Assembly: GCA_965199955.1 (NCBI GenBank) | Contig: CBDATQ010000001.1 | Location: forward strand, 1,632,001-1,696,000 | Length of the DNA stretch: 64,000 nt | Origin: Spirochaetia bacterium | GTDB taxonomy: Bacteria > Spirochaetota > Spirochaetia > SZUA-6 > Bin103 | Direction: 5' to 3' | Shown here: piece by piece, positions 19,490 through 28,217 of the stretch | Position numbering within the stretch: the first letter of the stretch is position 1 | Layout: the number at the start of each line of letters is the position of its first letter | Notes under the pieces: model-generated | The model's database searches: none | What the model saw: only the letters and a program-made list of their open reading frames with translations | Told to the model about the DNA's origin: nothing | Program-made: the position numbers and the translations under genes

Positions 19490-19845
19490 GAGGCGGGCGT
19501 CAGCTCCCGAATCAACGAACGCCCAACCGCCGTGGATGGGGTTGTCGGGCTCGAACTTCGGCCACCGGGCGCGCCGCTGCCGCGTGCCGTCGAGCACGAG
19601 CTGGCGGAAGCGCGCGAGCTCGCCTTGCACGCCGGCCGGCAGATCGCAGCGCAGGATCTGCCCGGCGAACGGCTGCCAGCCGGTGAGCCGCACGCCTCCA
19701 CTGAGGATCGGCGTCTCGCCCGGGGTAGGCCGCGTAGGTTACCGGGCACCGGGCGCTGCCGCTGTCTGTGGGGCTTAGCGCCAGCGGCTCGGGCAGGTAG
19801 TAACTGCCGCACCGCACCTCGACGCGGATCTCGCCTTCCGGGGTC
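19490..19845 (-). pseudogene. Remnant of a right-handed parallel beta-helix repeat protein (N-terminal region)
   Basis: VEVRCGSYYLPEPLALSPTDSGS..PVTYAAYPG/ETPILSGGVRLTGW..RQLVLDG.RQ.RARWP..GGWAF with a 1-nt frameshift. Confidence 0.75.
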
Positions 19846-20465
19846 GAGGCGATCGACATCGACGCCGCCCACTTCACGGTCGAGGTGCTGGGCGCTCCGG
19901 AGCTGGACACGGTCACCGTGGTCAGCCGCATGTCCACCCGTTTCCACCGGTTCCACGACGGACACGTCGCCGTCGAGCAGGGCGGCGGCGATGCCTCCGT
20001 CTCGGTCCGTTACGACGGCCGTCCGCTGTCAAAGGTCGCCGTGACGTGGGGACCGCTGCTGGTCCTTCAGGTGCCGGAACGCACCGCGCTGGCGGTCACC
20101 ACCACGGCCGGCGACGTGCGAATCCACGACCTGACGGCTTCGCACGTGACGATCACGACGACCGCCGGCGATCTCTATGTCAGCGACGTCACCGCCACGG
20201 TCGCGATCTCGGCGCGCGCGGACTTCATCGTGCTGGAGCGCGTCCACGGCCCGAAGGGAATCACCGCCGACTCCGGCTCGATCGAGGTGGCCGATTCACG
20301 AGGGGATCTCTTACCGACACTGGCGGCGAGCAGCGCCTGCGCCGCATCGACGGCGACGTCAGCTTCGCGTCCACCGACCGGCTCACGCTGACCGACCACC
20401 GAGGCTCGCTCACCATCCGCAAAGGCGCGATGCCGAGCCGGACGGGCGATCGAGCGTCCGAGTGA
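19840..20465 (+). pseudogene. DUF4097 beta-strand-repeat protein remnant, paralog of 49806..50567
   Basis: Shares WGP.L.L.VP, TTAGDV, DSRGD, QR...IDG with the intact copy; 5' truncated, frameshift near 20310. Confidence 0.7.
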
Positions 20466-20502
20466 AGTGCCGGACACCCCGCAGAAAACGGGACTCGTCC
20501 GT

Positions 20503-20812
20503 TCATACGACCTTCTTCTCGTAACCCGCCATGGTTCGGTTCCGCCGTGCCTGCGCAAGGTCGTAGCTCGCCTGCATCCGCATTCCAGTGCTCGGCAGTT
20601 CCCCAGCCAAGGCTCTCCAGCGCAAGAGCCATGTATGCGGACACTCCCGCCCGCCCATTCAGCAGGCGCGACAGAGTTCCACGCTCGCAGCCCAAACGGG
20701 CTGCTGTTTCGGTTACGCTCCACCCGGTCTCTTCCATGCTTTCCCGGATCAGTTCTCCCAAGTGCGGCGGGTTCAGCATGGGGCCTGCTCGTTCGCTGTC
20801 GCTGTCATTCAT
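20503..20812 (-). pseudogene. higA: HigA-family antitoxin with 1-nt frameshift
   Basis: NPPHLGELIRE..SVTETAARLG..RGTLSRLLNGRAGVS..AEHW/MRMQASYDLAQAR. Confidence 0.88.
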
Positions 20813-20828
20813 GGTCAGTTCCTTGTCG

Positions 20829-20910
20829 TCAGTGATAGTCAACCAGGTCCACGTCCACCGCTTCGCCGTCCTCGAAACGGAACACCACGCGCCAGTTGCC
20901 GGAGACGCCT
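20829..20910 (-). pseudogene. higB: 3' end of HigB toxin, truncated at the IS256 end
   Basis: Hand translation: VSGNWRVVFRFEDGEAVDVDLVDYH*, immediately upstream of higA. Confidence 0.85.
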
Positions 20911-20912
20911 GG

Positions 20913-22082
20913 GAGGTCCTGTCAATAGGTGTGTAAACGAGTCAGGCAGCGTCCCGCTCCTGATCTTCGATTCGAATTCCGTCTCGGTACTCGGCTCCCA
21001 CCCACACATCTTGAAGTAGCTCCGGCGCGTTCAGCTTCCGGAACTTCGTCTCGGCCACCAACAGCATCTTCCAGATCACGGCGGTGGCGTTGGCTACCTT
21101 CTTGAATCGCTTCGCCGCATCGGTCCGTAACCTCAGCGCCGCGAACGGCGACTCGATCACATTGGTCGTCCGCAGGTGCCGCCAGTGAGCTCGTGGATAC
21201 CCGTAGTAGCTCACCATCCGCTCCCAGTCCTGCGCGATCAACTCGGCGGCTCGCTGCAGCCCCTGGCCACGCGCCCAGCTCTGGAACGATCCTCGACGTT
21301 GCTCAGCCTCCTTGAGCGTCTCGGCGTAGGCGATCTTCTTCAGCTTCCCCTTCGCTTCCTCCTGGGAGCGCTTCGGCACCTGGTCCAGCACGTTGACGAT
21401 CCGGTGATTCCAGCACCGTTGCTCCTCGGCGTCCGGATACACACCTCCCGCAGCGCCGCCTTGTCCTTCTCCAGCCCCGCTTTCACGTACAGGCCGTCGA
21501 CCCACAGGTACACCAACTCCAGATCCGCCAGGCTGCGTTCGTGCCACGCGGCCGCCTCGGCGTGCCAGCGGTCCTTCACCCGCGCCACCGTGCTCGCCGA
21601 ACAGCCCCCGCAGGGCCAGCTCGAAATCGCCCAGCGCCAGCCCGTGCAGGTACAACTGCGGCAGCACGTCGGTGACCTCAGGCGTGCGCCGCGCAAACAG
21701 CGCCAGTAGCGCGCTCTCGAACCGCTGCTCCAGCCCGCGCACCCGCGGCCGACGCACCGTCACCGTGCCGGCCCGTGTGGTCAGCTGCCGCGGCTTGCCG
21801 TAGCCGTTGCGGTAGCCGCGTTCCCCTTCATCTCGGCGACGGTAGCGGGCTCGGCCAAGAAACTCTGCGTCACCTCGTCCTCAAGCAATCCCTGCAGCCA
21901 CTGCTGAACGTGGCGCCGGGCCATCTCCTCCATGGCCTGCCAGCACGCGCTTGACTGGGTGCTCTCCTTCGTGACCAATCTCTTCCACGGCGGTGTCCTC
22001 CTGACTTTGTGGTGATTTCAGGATTCTACAGGGCGCCACCTTTTTCTTTTACTTTCTTTTACACACCTCTTGATGGTAGCTC
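20913..22082 (-). mobile_element. IS256-family insertion sequence, decayed
   Basis: Imperfect terminal inverted repeats GAGGTCCTGTCAATAGGTGTGTAAA / GAGCTACCATCAAGAGGTGTGTAAA; no target-site duplication visible. Confidence 0.85.
20942..21988 (-). pseudogene. IS256-family transposase, frameshifts and internal deletions
   Basis: GYRNGYGKPR, RRPRVR, YLWVDGLYVKAG, EQRCWNH, HLRTTNVIES spread over several frames. Confidence 0.9.
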
Positions 22083-22396
22083 GTTCTCGATACGGACCAT
22101 GGCTGCGTCTATTCCGTTTTGGACAGCGTGCTCCAGGAGACTTGCGACGCGTGGTAGTGGCGAATCCTCTCCGCGATGCAGCCAGAAAGTCCGTTAGGGA
22201 ACGCTCCGTGATGAGCCACGGCGTGGTCGAGCGCGTCCATGACCGAGTCGTCTCGACCGCTGTAGCCACCGATTACGATGCCGTATCGTTTGCATGAATC
22301 GACAAACGATGTCCGCAGGTGTGCATCTTGTTAGCGTAGCTCGACAGGCGTGTTTTCAGTTGACGGAAGCGGAAATCCCCGTGCAGTTTGACTTCG
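22083..22396 (-). pseudogene. SIR2-family NADase fragment resembling the Sir2-APAZ partner of short prokaryotic Argonautes
   Basis: Hand translation across frameshifts: EVKLHGDFRFRQLK/TPVELR*QDAHLRTSFVDSCKRYGIVIGGYSGRDDSVMDAL..GAFPNGL/WLHRGEDSPLPRV..AAMVRIEN. Confidence 0.75.
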
Positions 22397-22787
22397 TCAC
22401 CGGGTGGCATCCGGCGCCGCCAGCTCAGCCAGACGGTGGAGGTGCTCATCCGTGTGGAGGAGACCGCTGCGATGGTGGTCGGCGCAAGCCTTCACCACGA
22501 TGTCGATCGTCGGGACGGTGATGCCGTGGGCGCGGGCGGTGCGTGCAAGCTGGTACGCGGTGTCCCAGACTTCCGGCGTCAGCGGAAGCTCGACGAGGTC
22601 GCGCTCCATGTCTCGAAGCACGGCTTGTTCATGCCCGGCACGCGCCCCGTTCCACAGCTCCGCGCGGACCATCGGACACCAGGCTGCGGTACCTGCGTGC
22701 AGCAGCGCCCGGACGCGCTGCCGCACTTTCCCGGTCTCCGTCTCGGCGCAGGCTGTGAATCCACGCCGACGTGTCGATCAGCGTCAT
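22397..22787 (-). pseudogene. vapC: VapC PIN toxin with +1 frameshift
   Basis: MTLIDTSAWIHSLR then a frame change at ~22727 to VRQRV..ELWNGA..TVPTIDIVV..LLHTDEH; total 391 nt. Confidence 0.85.
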
Positions 22788-22987
22788 GAACGGGAGCGCA
22801 GGTCAGCGAGCTCCTCCGGAGAAATCAGGTCGTCGCACGTGCCGAGATGGCGCGTGAGCGCTGCCATGCGCGCGCGGCGATTGAAGTCGGCGACTGCGGT
22901 GACGATCGCCTCGCGTTTGGTCTTGGCATCGGTCAACCGCATTGCTTCTTCCAGGACCTCTGCGGGAATATCGATTGAGGTCTTCAT
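22784..22987 (-). CDS. vapB: VapB-family antitoxin
   Basis: MKTSIDIP..LEEAM..T.AKTKREAIV.A; ATGA overlap with vapC. Confidence 0.88.
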   Translation of the reverse strand: MKTSIDIPAEVLEEAMRLTDAKTKREAIVTAVADFNRRARMAALTRHLGTCDDLISPEELADLRSRS

Positions 22988-23052
22988 GCTTCCATTGATG
23001 GCTACACGGGGAGCATTCAGTCAACCCCGACCCCGCACCAGTTCGTCCTCGG

Positions 23053-24606
23053 TCAGACCGAGTACGCGAACACGGTGGCCTGGAACAGGCGCAGCCGGAT
23101 GCCGACCATCTCTCCGACCGGCGAGATGTCGCTGCGGCCGCTCCAGGTCACCACCGCGTCCTCGGCGTCGCCGGTGAGCCGGCCGCAGTCGGCGAAGGTG
23201 AAGCCGGGGACCGGCTCCACGTCGGAGTGGACGCGCGACGGCACCGCGTGCAGCAGCTCGACCGAGACCCAGCCGCCCGGCCGGCAGCGGTAGTTGAGGC
23301 GCAGCTCGTCGCGCGTGCGGTACACGGTCGGGATCGTGCAGCGGCCCTCGACCGGCGCCTCCACCCCGCACAGGCGGTGCGGGCGCCACGACGCCCAACG
23401 CAGCTCCGCGGGCCGGGCGCCGGCGGGCCGGCCGGCGTTGTGCACCCAGGACGAGCCGGCGTAGAGCGATCCCCAGGAGCCGTCGGGCAGATCGATCACG
23501 CCGCAGCCCCAGGAGTAGACCATGCCGCTGTCGCCTTCTCCCGGCGCGCCCAGCGGGATGATCGGCCGGCGTTCCGGGCGGTGCCAGAACAGGCCGTCGC
23601 GGCTGAAGGCGATCTGGCTGTCCACGTGGTCGGTCGCCTGGTGGTAGACTTGGATCAGCATGCCGTGCAGGTCGTCACGGCCGGGGTAGGGGAAGTAGTC
23701 GCAGCCGTAGAACGACACGTCCAGGCCGTCCTGGCCGTCGGGGGCCAGGATCAGCTTGGGCGGCGGCCACGAACGGAAGTCGCGGGTGCGGGTCAGGCCG
23801 ATGGCGCGCCGCACCAGGCCCACCTCGGCAGAGCCCGACCCGACGCCGGGAGCGGCGCCGGGCTCGATCGTCATGCCGTGCACGCGGCAGTAGGCGAAGT
23901 AGTGCCCGGTGGCCCGGTCGTAGCCGGCGGACAGGCCGCCGTCCATGGGAAACGGCGCGAGCGGCGCGGCGAGCGTCCGCCAGCGCCTGCGGTCGGGCGA
24001 GGTCCAGCCGATCACCTCGCCGCCCAGCTCGACGCGCGGGCCGCGGTACGCCGGCCCTTGGTACTCCTGCGCCCTCCAGCGGCGCACCGCCTCTTCGTTG
24101 GCGCCTTCCTCGCCGCCCGTGTCCATGCGCTCGCCGGTGTCGGGGTCGAACCAGCCGCCGTCGCAGCCCATGCCCTTGAAGCGCTCCTCCGGCGGCGCGG
24201 TCGGATCCTCGAACACGGCCTTGAGCCGGTCGCCGCCGCGCTCGGTCACCCGCTCGACGAGCCGCCAGCGCGCGCCGTCCTCGCTGCGGGCCAGCAGGAT
24301 GCTGCCGTTCGCGTCGTACAGGGCGTACAGCGCGCCGCCCTCCCGCCACGCGCGCACCGGCTTCATGTGGTCGGAGCCCGAACCTCCCTCCAGCACCAGC
24401 GGCATGCTCTTGGCCGCCTGCTCGACGCGCAGGCGGACGCCGACGGGGGCGTCGTACAGCTCGAAGGTGCCGGCGCGGTTGGTGCTGCGGTTGCCGGTGT
24501 GGATCTCCTGGGTGTCCGCGATCGGCGTCCAACCCCCGGGATTGGGGCGCGGGCGCACCCAGTCGCCGGGGTAGTAGCCGCCGCGGGGGCGTCGGATCTC
24601 AGCCAT
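23053..24606 (-). CDS. Uncharacterised beta-propeller hydrolase-like protein (paralog 1)
   Basis: 517 aa from ATG 24606; PPEERFK, WTSPD, RTRDF..WPPP, SFYG, QIAFSRDG, LRLNYRC, RLRLFQA. Confidence 0.8.
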   Translation of the reverse strand: MAEIRRPRGGYYPGDWVRPRPNPGGWTPIADTQEIHTGNRSTNRAGTFELYDAPVGVRLRVEQAAKSMPLVLEGGSGSDHMKPVRAWREGGALYALYDANGSILLARSEDGARWRLVERVTERGGDRLKAVFEDPTAPPEERFKGMGCDGGWFDPDTGERMDTGGEEGANEEAVRRWRAQEYQGPAYRGPRVELGGEVIGWTSPDRRRWRTLAAPLAPFPMDGGLSAGYDRATGHYFAYCRVHGMTIEPGAAPGVGSGSAEVGLVRRAIGLTRTRDFRSWPPPKLILAPDGQDGLDVSFYGCDYFPYPGRDDLHGMLIQVYHQATDHVDSQIAFSRDGLFWHRPERRPIIPLGAPGEGDSGMVYSWGCGVIDLPDGSWGSLYAGSSWVHNAGRPAGARPAELRWASWRPHRLCGVEAPVEGRCTIPTVYRTRDELRLNYRCRPGGWVSVELLHAVPSRVHSDVEPVPGFTFADCGRLTGDAEDAVVTWSGRSDISPVGEMVGIRLRLFQATVFAYSV

Positions 24607-24675
24607 GGCGGCGAGCTTAGCCGATGGGGCCGGCACCGCCCACGGACCCGTTACTATGGGCGGGAGGAGGGCACC

Positions 24676-26301
24676 ATGGCAGAGCCCACGCGCGCACGAA
24701 CCGACCTGCCCGGAGAAGGATCGGGGAGGTCGGCCCGCGACAGCTCCGGTGACTGGATCCCGTTCCTGGACTGGCGGGAAGTGTTCCCCGGCAACCGCGG
24801 GGTCGACCGGCACGGCGTCTACAACCTGTTCGACGCTCCGGTCGGGATCGCCCTGAAGGTGGAGCCGAGCGAGCCCTCCGAGCCGTTGCTGGTCGTCGAT
24901 CAGCCCTGGGAGGACCCGGCCAACATGCAGCCGTCGGCGACGTGGCGGGACGCGGAGGACGGCAGCTACGGCATCGTCTATGCCGGCCGCGACGGGGCGA
25001 TCTGCCTGGCGCGCAGCCCCGACGGCTACCGGTTCCACCGTCCGGCGCTCGGCCAGGTGGAGTGGAGCGGGTCGCTGGCCAACAACATCCTCGCCGACGG
25101 GCCTCCCGCCGGGATCCTGCTCGACCCCAAGGCGCCGCCGGAGGAGCGCTACAAGGCGCTGGGCCAGGAGGGCGGCTACTTCGACCCGCTGACCGGCGAG
25201 AAGCTGGAGAGCCGCGAGGGCCAAGCCCGCCAGAAGGCGATGGAAGAGGGCGGCCCCGATTACCGGGGGCCGCAGGCGGAGATGCGCCATTGGGTGGTGG
25301 CCTGGGTCTCGCCCGACCGGCTGCACTGGAAGCGGGTCGAGCGGCCGGTGGCGCCGTTTCCGTCCGACGGCGGCAACCGGCCGCAGTATGACGAGGCCAC
25401 CGGCATGTACTTCGACTACGTCCGCGTGCACGGGCGCGACCCCGAGTCTCCGAAGGGTATCGGCACCGGCGTCCCGGAGCGGTCGATCGGCCGCCGTTCG
25501 ATCGGCCTGATGCGCACGAAGGACTTCTTCGACTGGTCGCCGCCCAAGCTGGTGATCTACCCGACGCCGCAGGACGCGGCGGACGTCTCCTTCTACGGCG
25601 CCAACTACTCGCGCTACCCGGGGCGCGACGACCTGCACCTGCTGTTCCTGCAGGTCTACCACCAGAACGCCGACCAGATCGACGACCAGCTCGCCGTGAG
25701 CTGGGACGGGCTGATCTGGTACCGCCACCACGATCCGATCATCCCGCGCGGGCCTGCGGGCTCCGGCTACGAGGGCATGTGCCGCACCTTCGCCGGCGGC
25801 ATCGTCGAGCTGCCGGACGGCTGGTGGGCGGTCTCGCACGAGTGCAACCCCGGGCTGCACAACCGCAGCGGGTACCGTCATTTTCCGGAGCTCATCGCCA
25901 ACCCGGCGGCCGCGGACGCCATCACGCTGGAGCCGCACGAGCCGGCGTCGATCCGCTGGGCGCGCTGGCGTCCGCACCGCCTGTGCGGCATCGACACGGC
26001 GCTGGAGGGCCGCTTCACGACGCAGACCATCCGCCGCAGCCGCGGCGAGCTGCGGCTCAACTACCGCTGCCGGAGCGGCGGGTTCATCGAGGTGGAGCTG
26101 GTGCGCCTGGTGGCCGGCCGGCTGCAGCCGGACATGGACGGCCTGCCCGGATTCACCTTCGCCGACTGCGACCGGCTGACCGGCGACGAGCTCGACCGGG
26201 TGGTGACCTGGCGCGGCCGACACGACATCGCCGCCATCGGCGAGACGGTGGCCGTCCGCATCAGGATGTTCCAGGCGAAGGTGTTCGCCTGCCGCGTCTG
26301 A
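24676..26301 (+). CDS. Uncharacterised beta-propeller hydrolase-like protein (paralog 2)
   Basis: GGAGGAGG RBS; same motif series as paralog 1; divergently transcribed from it. Confidence 0.8.
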   Translation: MAEPTRARTDLPGEGSGRSARDSSGDWIPFLDWREVFPGNRGVDRHGVYNLFDAPVGIALKVEPSEPSEPLLVVDQPWEDPANMQPSATWRDAEDGSYGIVYAGRDGAICLARSPDGYRFHRPALGQVEWSGSLANNILADGPPAGILLDPKAPPEERYKALGQEGGYFDPLTGEKLESREGQARQKAMEEGGPDYRGPQAEMRHWVVAWVSPDRLHWKRVERPVAPFPSDGGNRPQYDEATGMYFDYVRVHGRDPESPKGIGTGVPERSIGRRSIGLMRTKDFFDWSPPKLVIYPTPQDAADVSFYGANYSRYPGRDDLHLLFLQVYHQNADQIDDQLAVSWDGLIWYRHHDPIIPRGPAGSGYEGMCRTFAGGIVELPDGWWAVSHECNPGLHNRSGYRHFPELIANPAAADAITLEPHEPASIRWARWRPHRLCGIDTALEGRFTTQTIRRSRGELRLNYRCRSGGFIEVELVRLVAGRLQPDMDGLPGFTFADCDRLTGDELDRVVTWRGRHDIAAIGETVAVRIRMFQAKVFACRV

Positions 26302-26319
26302 GCAGGAGTGGGAGAGGGC

Positions 26320-27381
26320 ATGCACTACCATCAACTCGGCGGCTCGGGGCTGCAGGTCGCGCGCATCGGGCTGGGCTGCATCCCGTTCGGGACCACGATC
26401 GACGGAGAAGCGAGCAGGCGCATGGTCGACCGCTACCTGGACGCCGGCGGCAACTACCTGGACACGGCCAACGTCTACGGCGGCGGCATGCGCGGCTCGC
26501 ACGAACGCGACGCCGGCACCTCCGAGCGCACGGTGGGGGCGGTGGTGGCCGGCCGCCGCGACCGGTTCGTGATCGGCACCAAGGGCGCCTGGACCATGAC
26601 CGACGACGTGCGCCCGAACGGCTTCGGCCTGTCGCGCACCTACCTGGCGCGCGCGATCGACGCCAGCCTGCGCCGGCTCGGCACCGACTGGATCGACCTG
26701 TACCAGTGCCATGTGTGGGACCCGTACACGCCGATCGAGGAGACCATGCGGGTGCTGGACGACGCGGTGCGCGCCGGCAAGATCCGCTACGTGGGCGTCA
26801 GCAACTGGGGCGGCTGGCAGGTGGTCAAGGCCAACATGCACGCGGACCGCCACGGGCTGACGCCGATCGTCTCCAACCAGATCTGGTACAACCTGGCCGA
26901 CCGCACCGCGGAGTTCGCGCTGATCCCGGCGTGCCGCGACCAGAGCGTGTCGATCATGGTCTGGGGCGGCTACGCGCAGGGCTTCCTGACCGGCCGCTAC
27001 ACGCGCGACATGGACGTGCCGCCGCCCGGGTCGCGCATCACCGCGAGCAAGCCCGAGGAGTCCAGCTCCTGGGAACGGCTTGCGGTCGACAGGGTCTGGG
27101 ACACGCAGGAGGTCATGCGAGGCGTGGCCGCCCGCCACGGGCGGTCACTGGCGAACGTCGCCATGGCGTGGCTGCTGCAGAGCGGCCGCTGCGACGTGGC
27201 GCTACTCGGAGCGTTCGCCCCCGAGCAGCTCGACGACGGGCTGGGTGCGCTGGAGCTGACGCTCGACGGCGACGAACTGGCCGAGCTCGACCGCGTGAGC
27301 CGCCTGCCGGCGCCGTACCCGATGAACTTCTGGAACACCTTCTGCTACCACGACAGCGAGCACTACGGCGGCCTGCGCTAG
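26320..27381 (+). CDS. Aldo/keto reductase
   Basis: LGGSGLQV..IGLG, DTANVYG, SLRRLGTDWIDLYQCH, GKIRYVGVSN. Confidence 0.92.
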   Translation: MHYHQLGGSGLQVARIGLGCIPFGTTIDGEASRRMVDRYLDAGGNYLDTANVYGGGMRGSHERDAGTSERTVGAVVAGRRDRFVIGTKGAWTMTDDVRPNGFGLSRTYLARAIDASLRRLGTDWIDLYQCHVWDPYTPIEETMRVLDDAVRAGKIRYVGVSNWGGWQVVKANMHADRHGLTPIVSNQIWYNLADRTAEFALIPACRDQSVSIMVWGGYAQGFLTGRYTRDMDVPPPGSRITASKPEESSSWERLAVDRVWDTQEVMRGVAARHGRSLANVAMAWLLQSGRCDVALLGAFAPEQLDDGLGALELTLDGDELAELDRVSRLPAPYPMNFWNTFCYHDSEHYGGLR

Positions 27382-27765
27382 CTATTCCGTCGGCTCGTCA
27401 TCCGCCTCCAGGAGGTCGAAGTCCGAGTCGGCGTATTCGAGAGAGGCGTCGTGGCGGCGGGCGCAGGCGGCGATGAGCACGTCGGCCGCCGGAGCGGTCA
27501 CGCCGCGGGCGCGCGCTCGCCGCGCCAGATCGTACGCGGCCTGCCAGACGCGGCCGTCGATGGGTACCTCGGGAAGCGTGCGCGCGAAGTGGCGCAGGAC
27601 CCGGTGTTCCTGAGCCCCGCGGGCACCGCTCCACAGCTCGAGTTGAACCGGCGGGCACCAGCAGGCCTGCCCGGCCCTCAGCGCGGCGTCGACGCGGCTG
27701 CGGACCTCCGGGTCACCCTGCGGACGCAGGAAGTGTATCCAGGACGACGTGTCGACGAGAATCAG
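27382..27765 (-). CDS. vapC: VapC PIN toxin with no canonical in-frame start (CTG/ATT start or pseudogene)
   Basis: Hand translation: LILVDTSSWIHFLR..ELWSGA..ADVLIAACA..YADSDFD..*; the TTG overlapping the vapB stop is out of frame. Confidence 0.8.
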   Translation of the reverse strand: MILVDTSSWIHFLRPQGDPEVRSRVDAALRAGQACWCPPVQLELWSGARGAQEHRVLRHFARTLPEVPIDGRVWQAAYDLARRARARGVTAPAADVLIAACARRHDASLEYADSDFDLLEADDEPTE

Positions 27766-27769
27766 CGGC

Positions 27770-27973
27770 TCAACCCCGGCGCCGTGCGGCTTGCAACTCC
27801 TGCGGCGTCATCAGATCGTCGCAGGTGCCCGCGTATTTGGTGAGCTCCGCCATGCGCATGCGGCGGTTGAAGTCCGCAACGGCGTTGACGACGGCCTCAC
27901 GCTTGGTCTTCGCGTTCGTGAACTTGATAGCATCCTCCAATTCGCGATCGGGAATATCTATGGTGGTCTTCAT
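27770..27973 (-). CDS. vapB: VapB-family antitoxin, paralog of 22784..22987
   Basis: 43/67 residues identical to the other VapB by hand count. Confidence 0.88.
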   Translation of the reverse strand: MKTTIDIPDRELEDAIKFTNAKTKREAVVNAVADFNRRMRMAELTKYAGTCDDLMTPQELQAARRRG

Positions 27974-27979
27974 GATGCC

Positions 27980-28008
27980 AAGATGATCAGTCTGCGAATA
28001 TCGGTCAA
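27980..28008 (-). promoter_or_regulatory. Sigma70-type promoter, probably leaderless, for vapB
   Basis: TTGACC-17 nt-CATCTT-6 nt-ATG; no Shine-Dalgarno. Confidence 0.6.
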
Positions 28009-28140
28009 CGGAACGGCAGACCTTATTTTTTTAGGCCGCAACCGCATCCGGGAGTTTGAGTGCTGCAGACCATGAAGTCCGCTTCGTCCCGCGCCGCTCG
28101 TCGATCGGAGTGTGGTGCAGCGCGACGAATCGCGTCTGTC

Positions 28141-28169
28141 TTGACCTGCACGCTGCGTTCCACAAGGAT
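28141..28169 (+). promoter_or_regulatory. Candidate promoter for the SBP gene
   Basis: TTGACC-17 nt-AAGGAT, followed by a GC-rich leader hairpin and an AGGAGG RBS. Confidence 0.35.
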
Positions 28170-28217
28170 CTGAGCGACGTCGGGGGGTCCCGCGACGCTC
28201 CCGACCAGGAGGAGATC

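Noticed and set aside
23053..27138. 1361-aa (minus) and 1024-aa (plus, 23227..26301) giant overlapping ORFs
   Set aside because: Each is a real gene extended by a stop-free antisense frame of its divergent neighbour, as expected at this GC content; the true starts are at 24606 and 24676.
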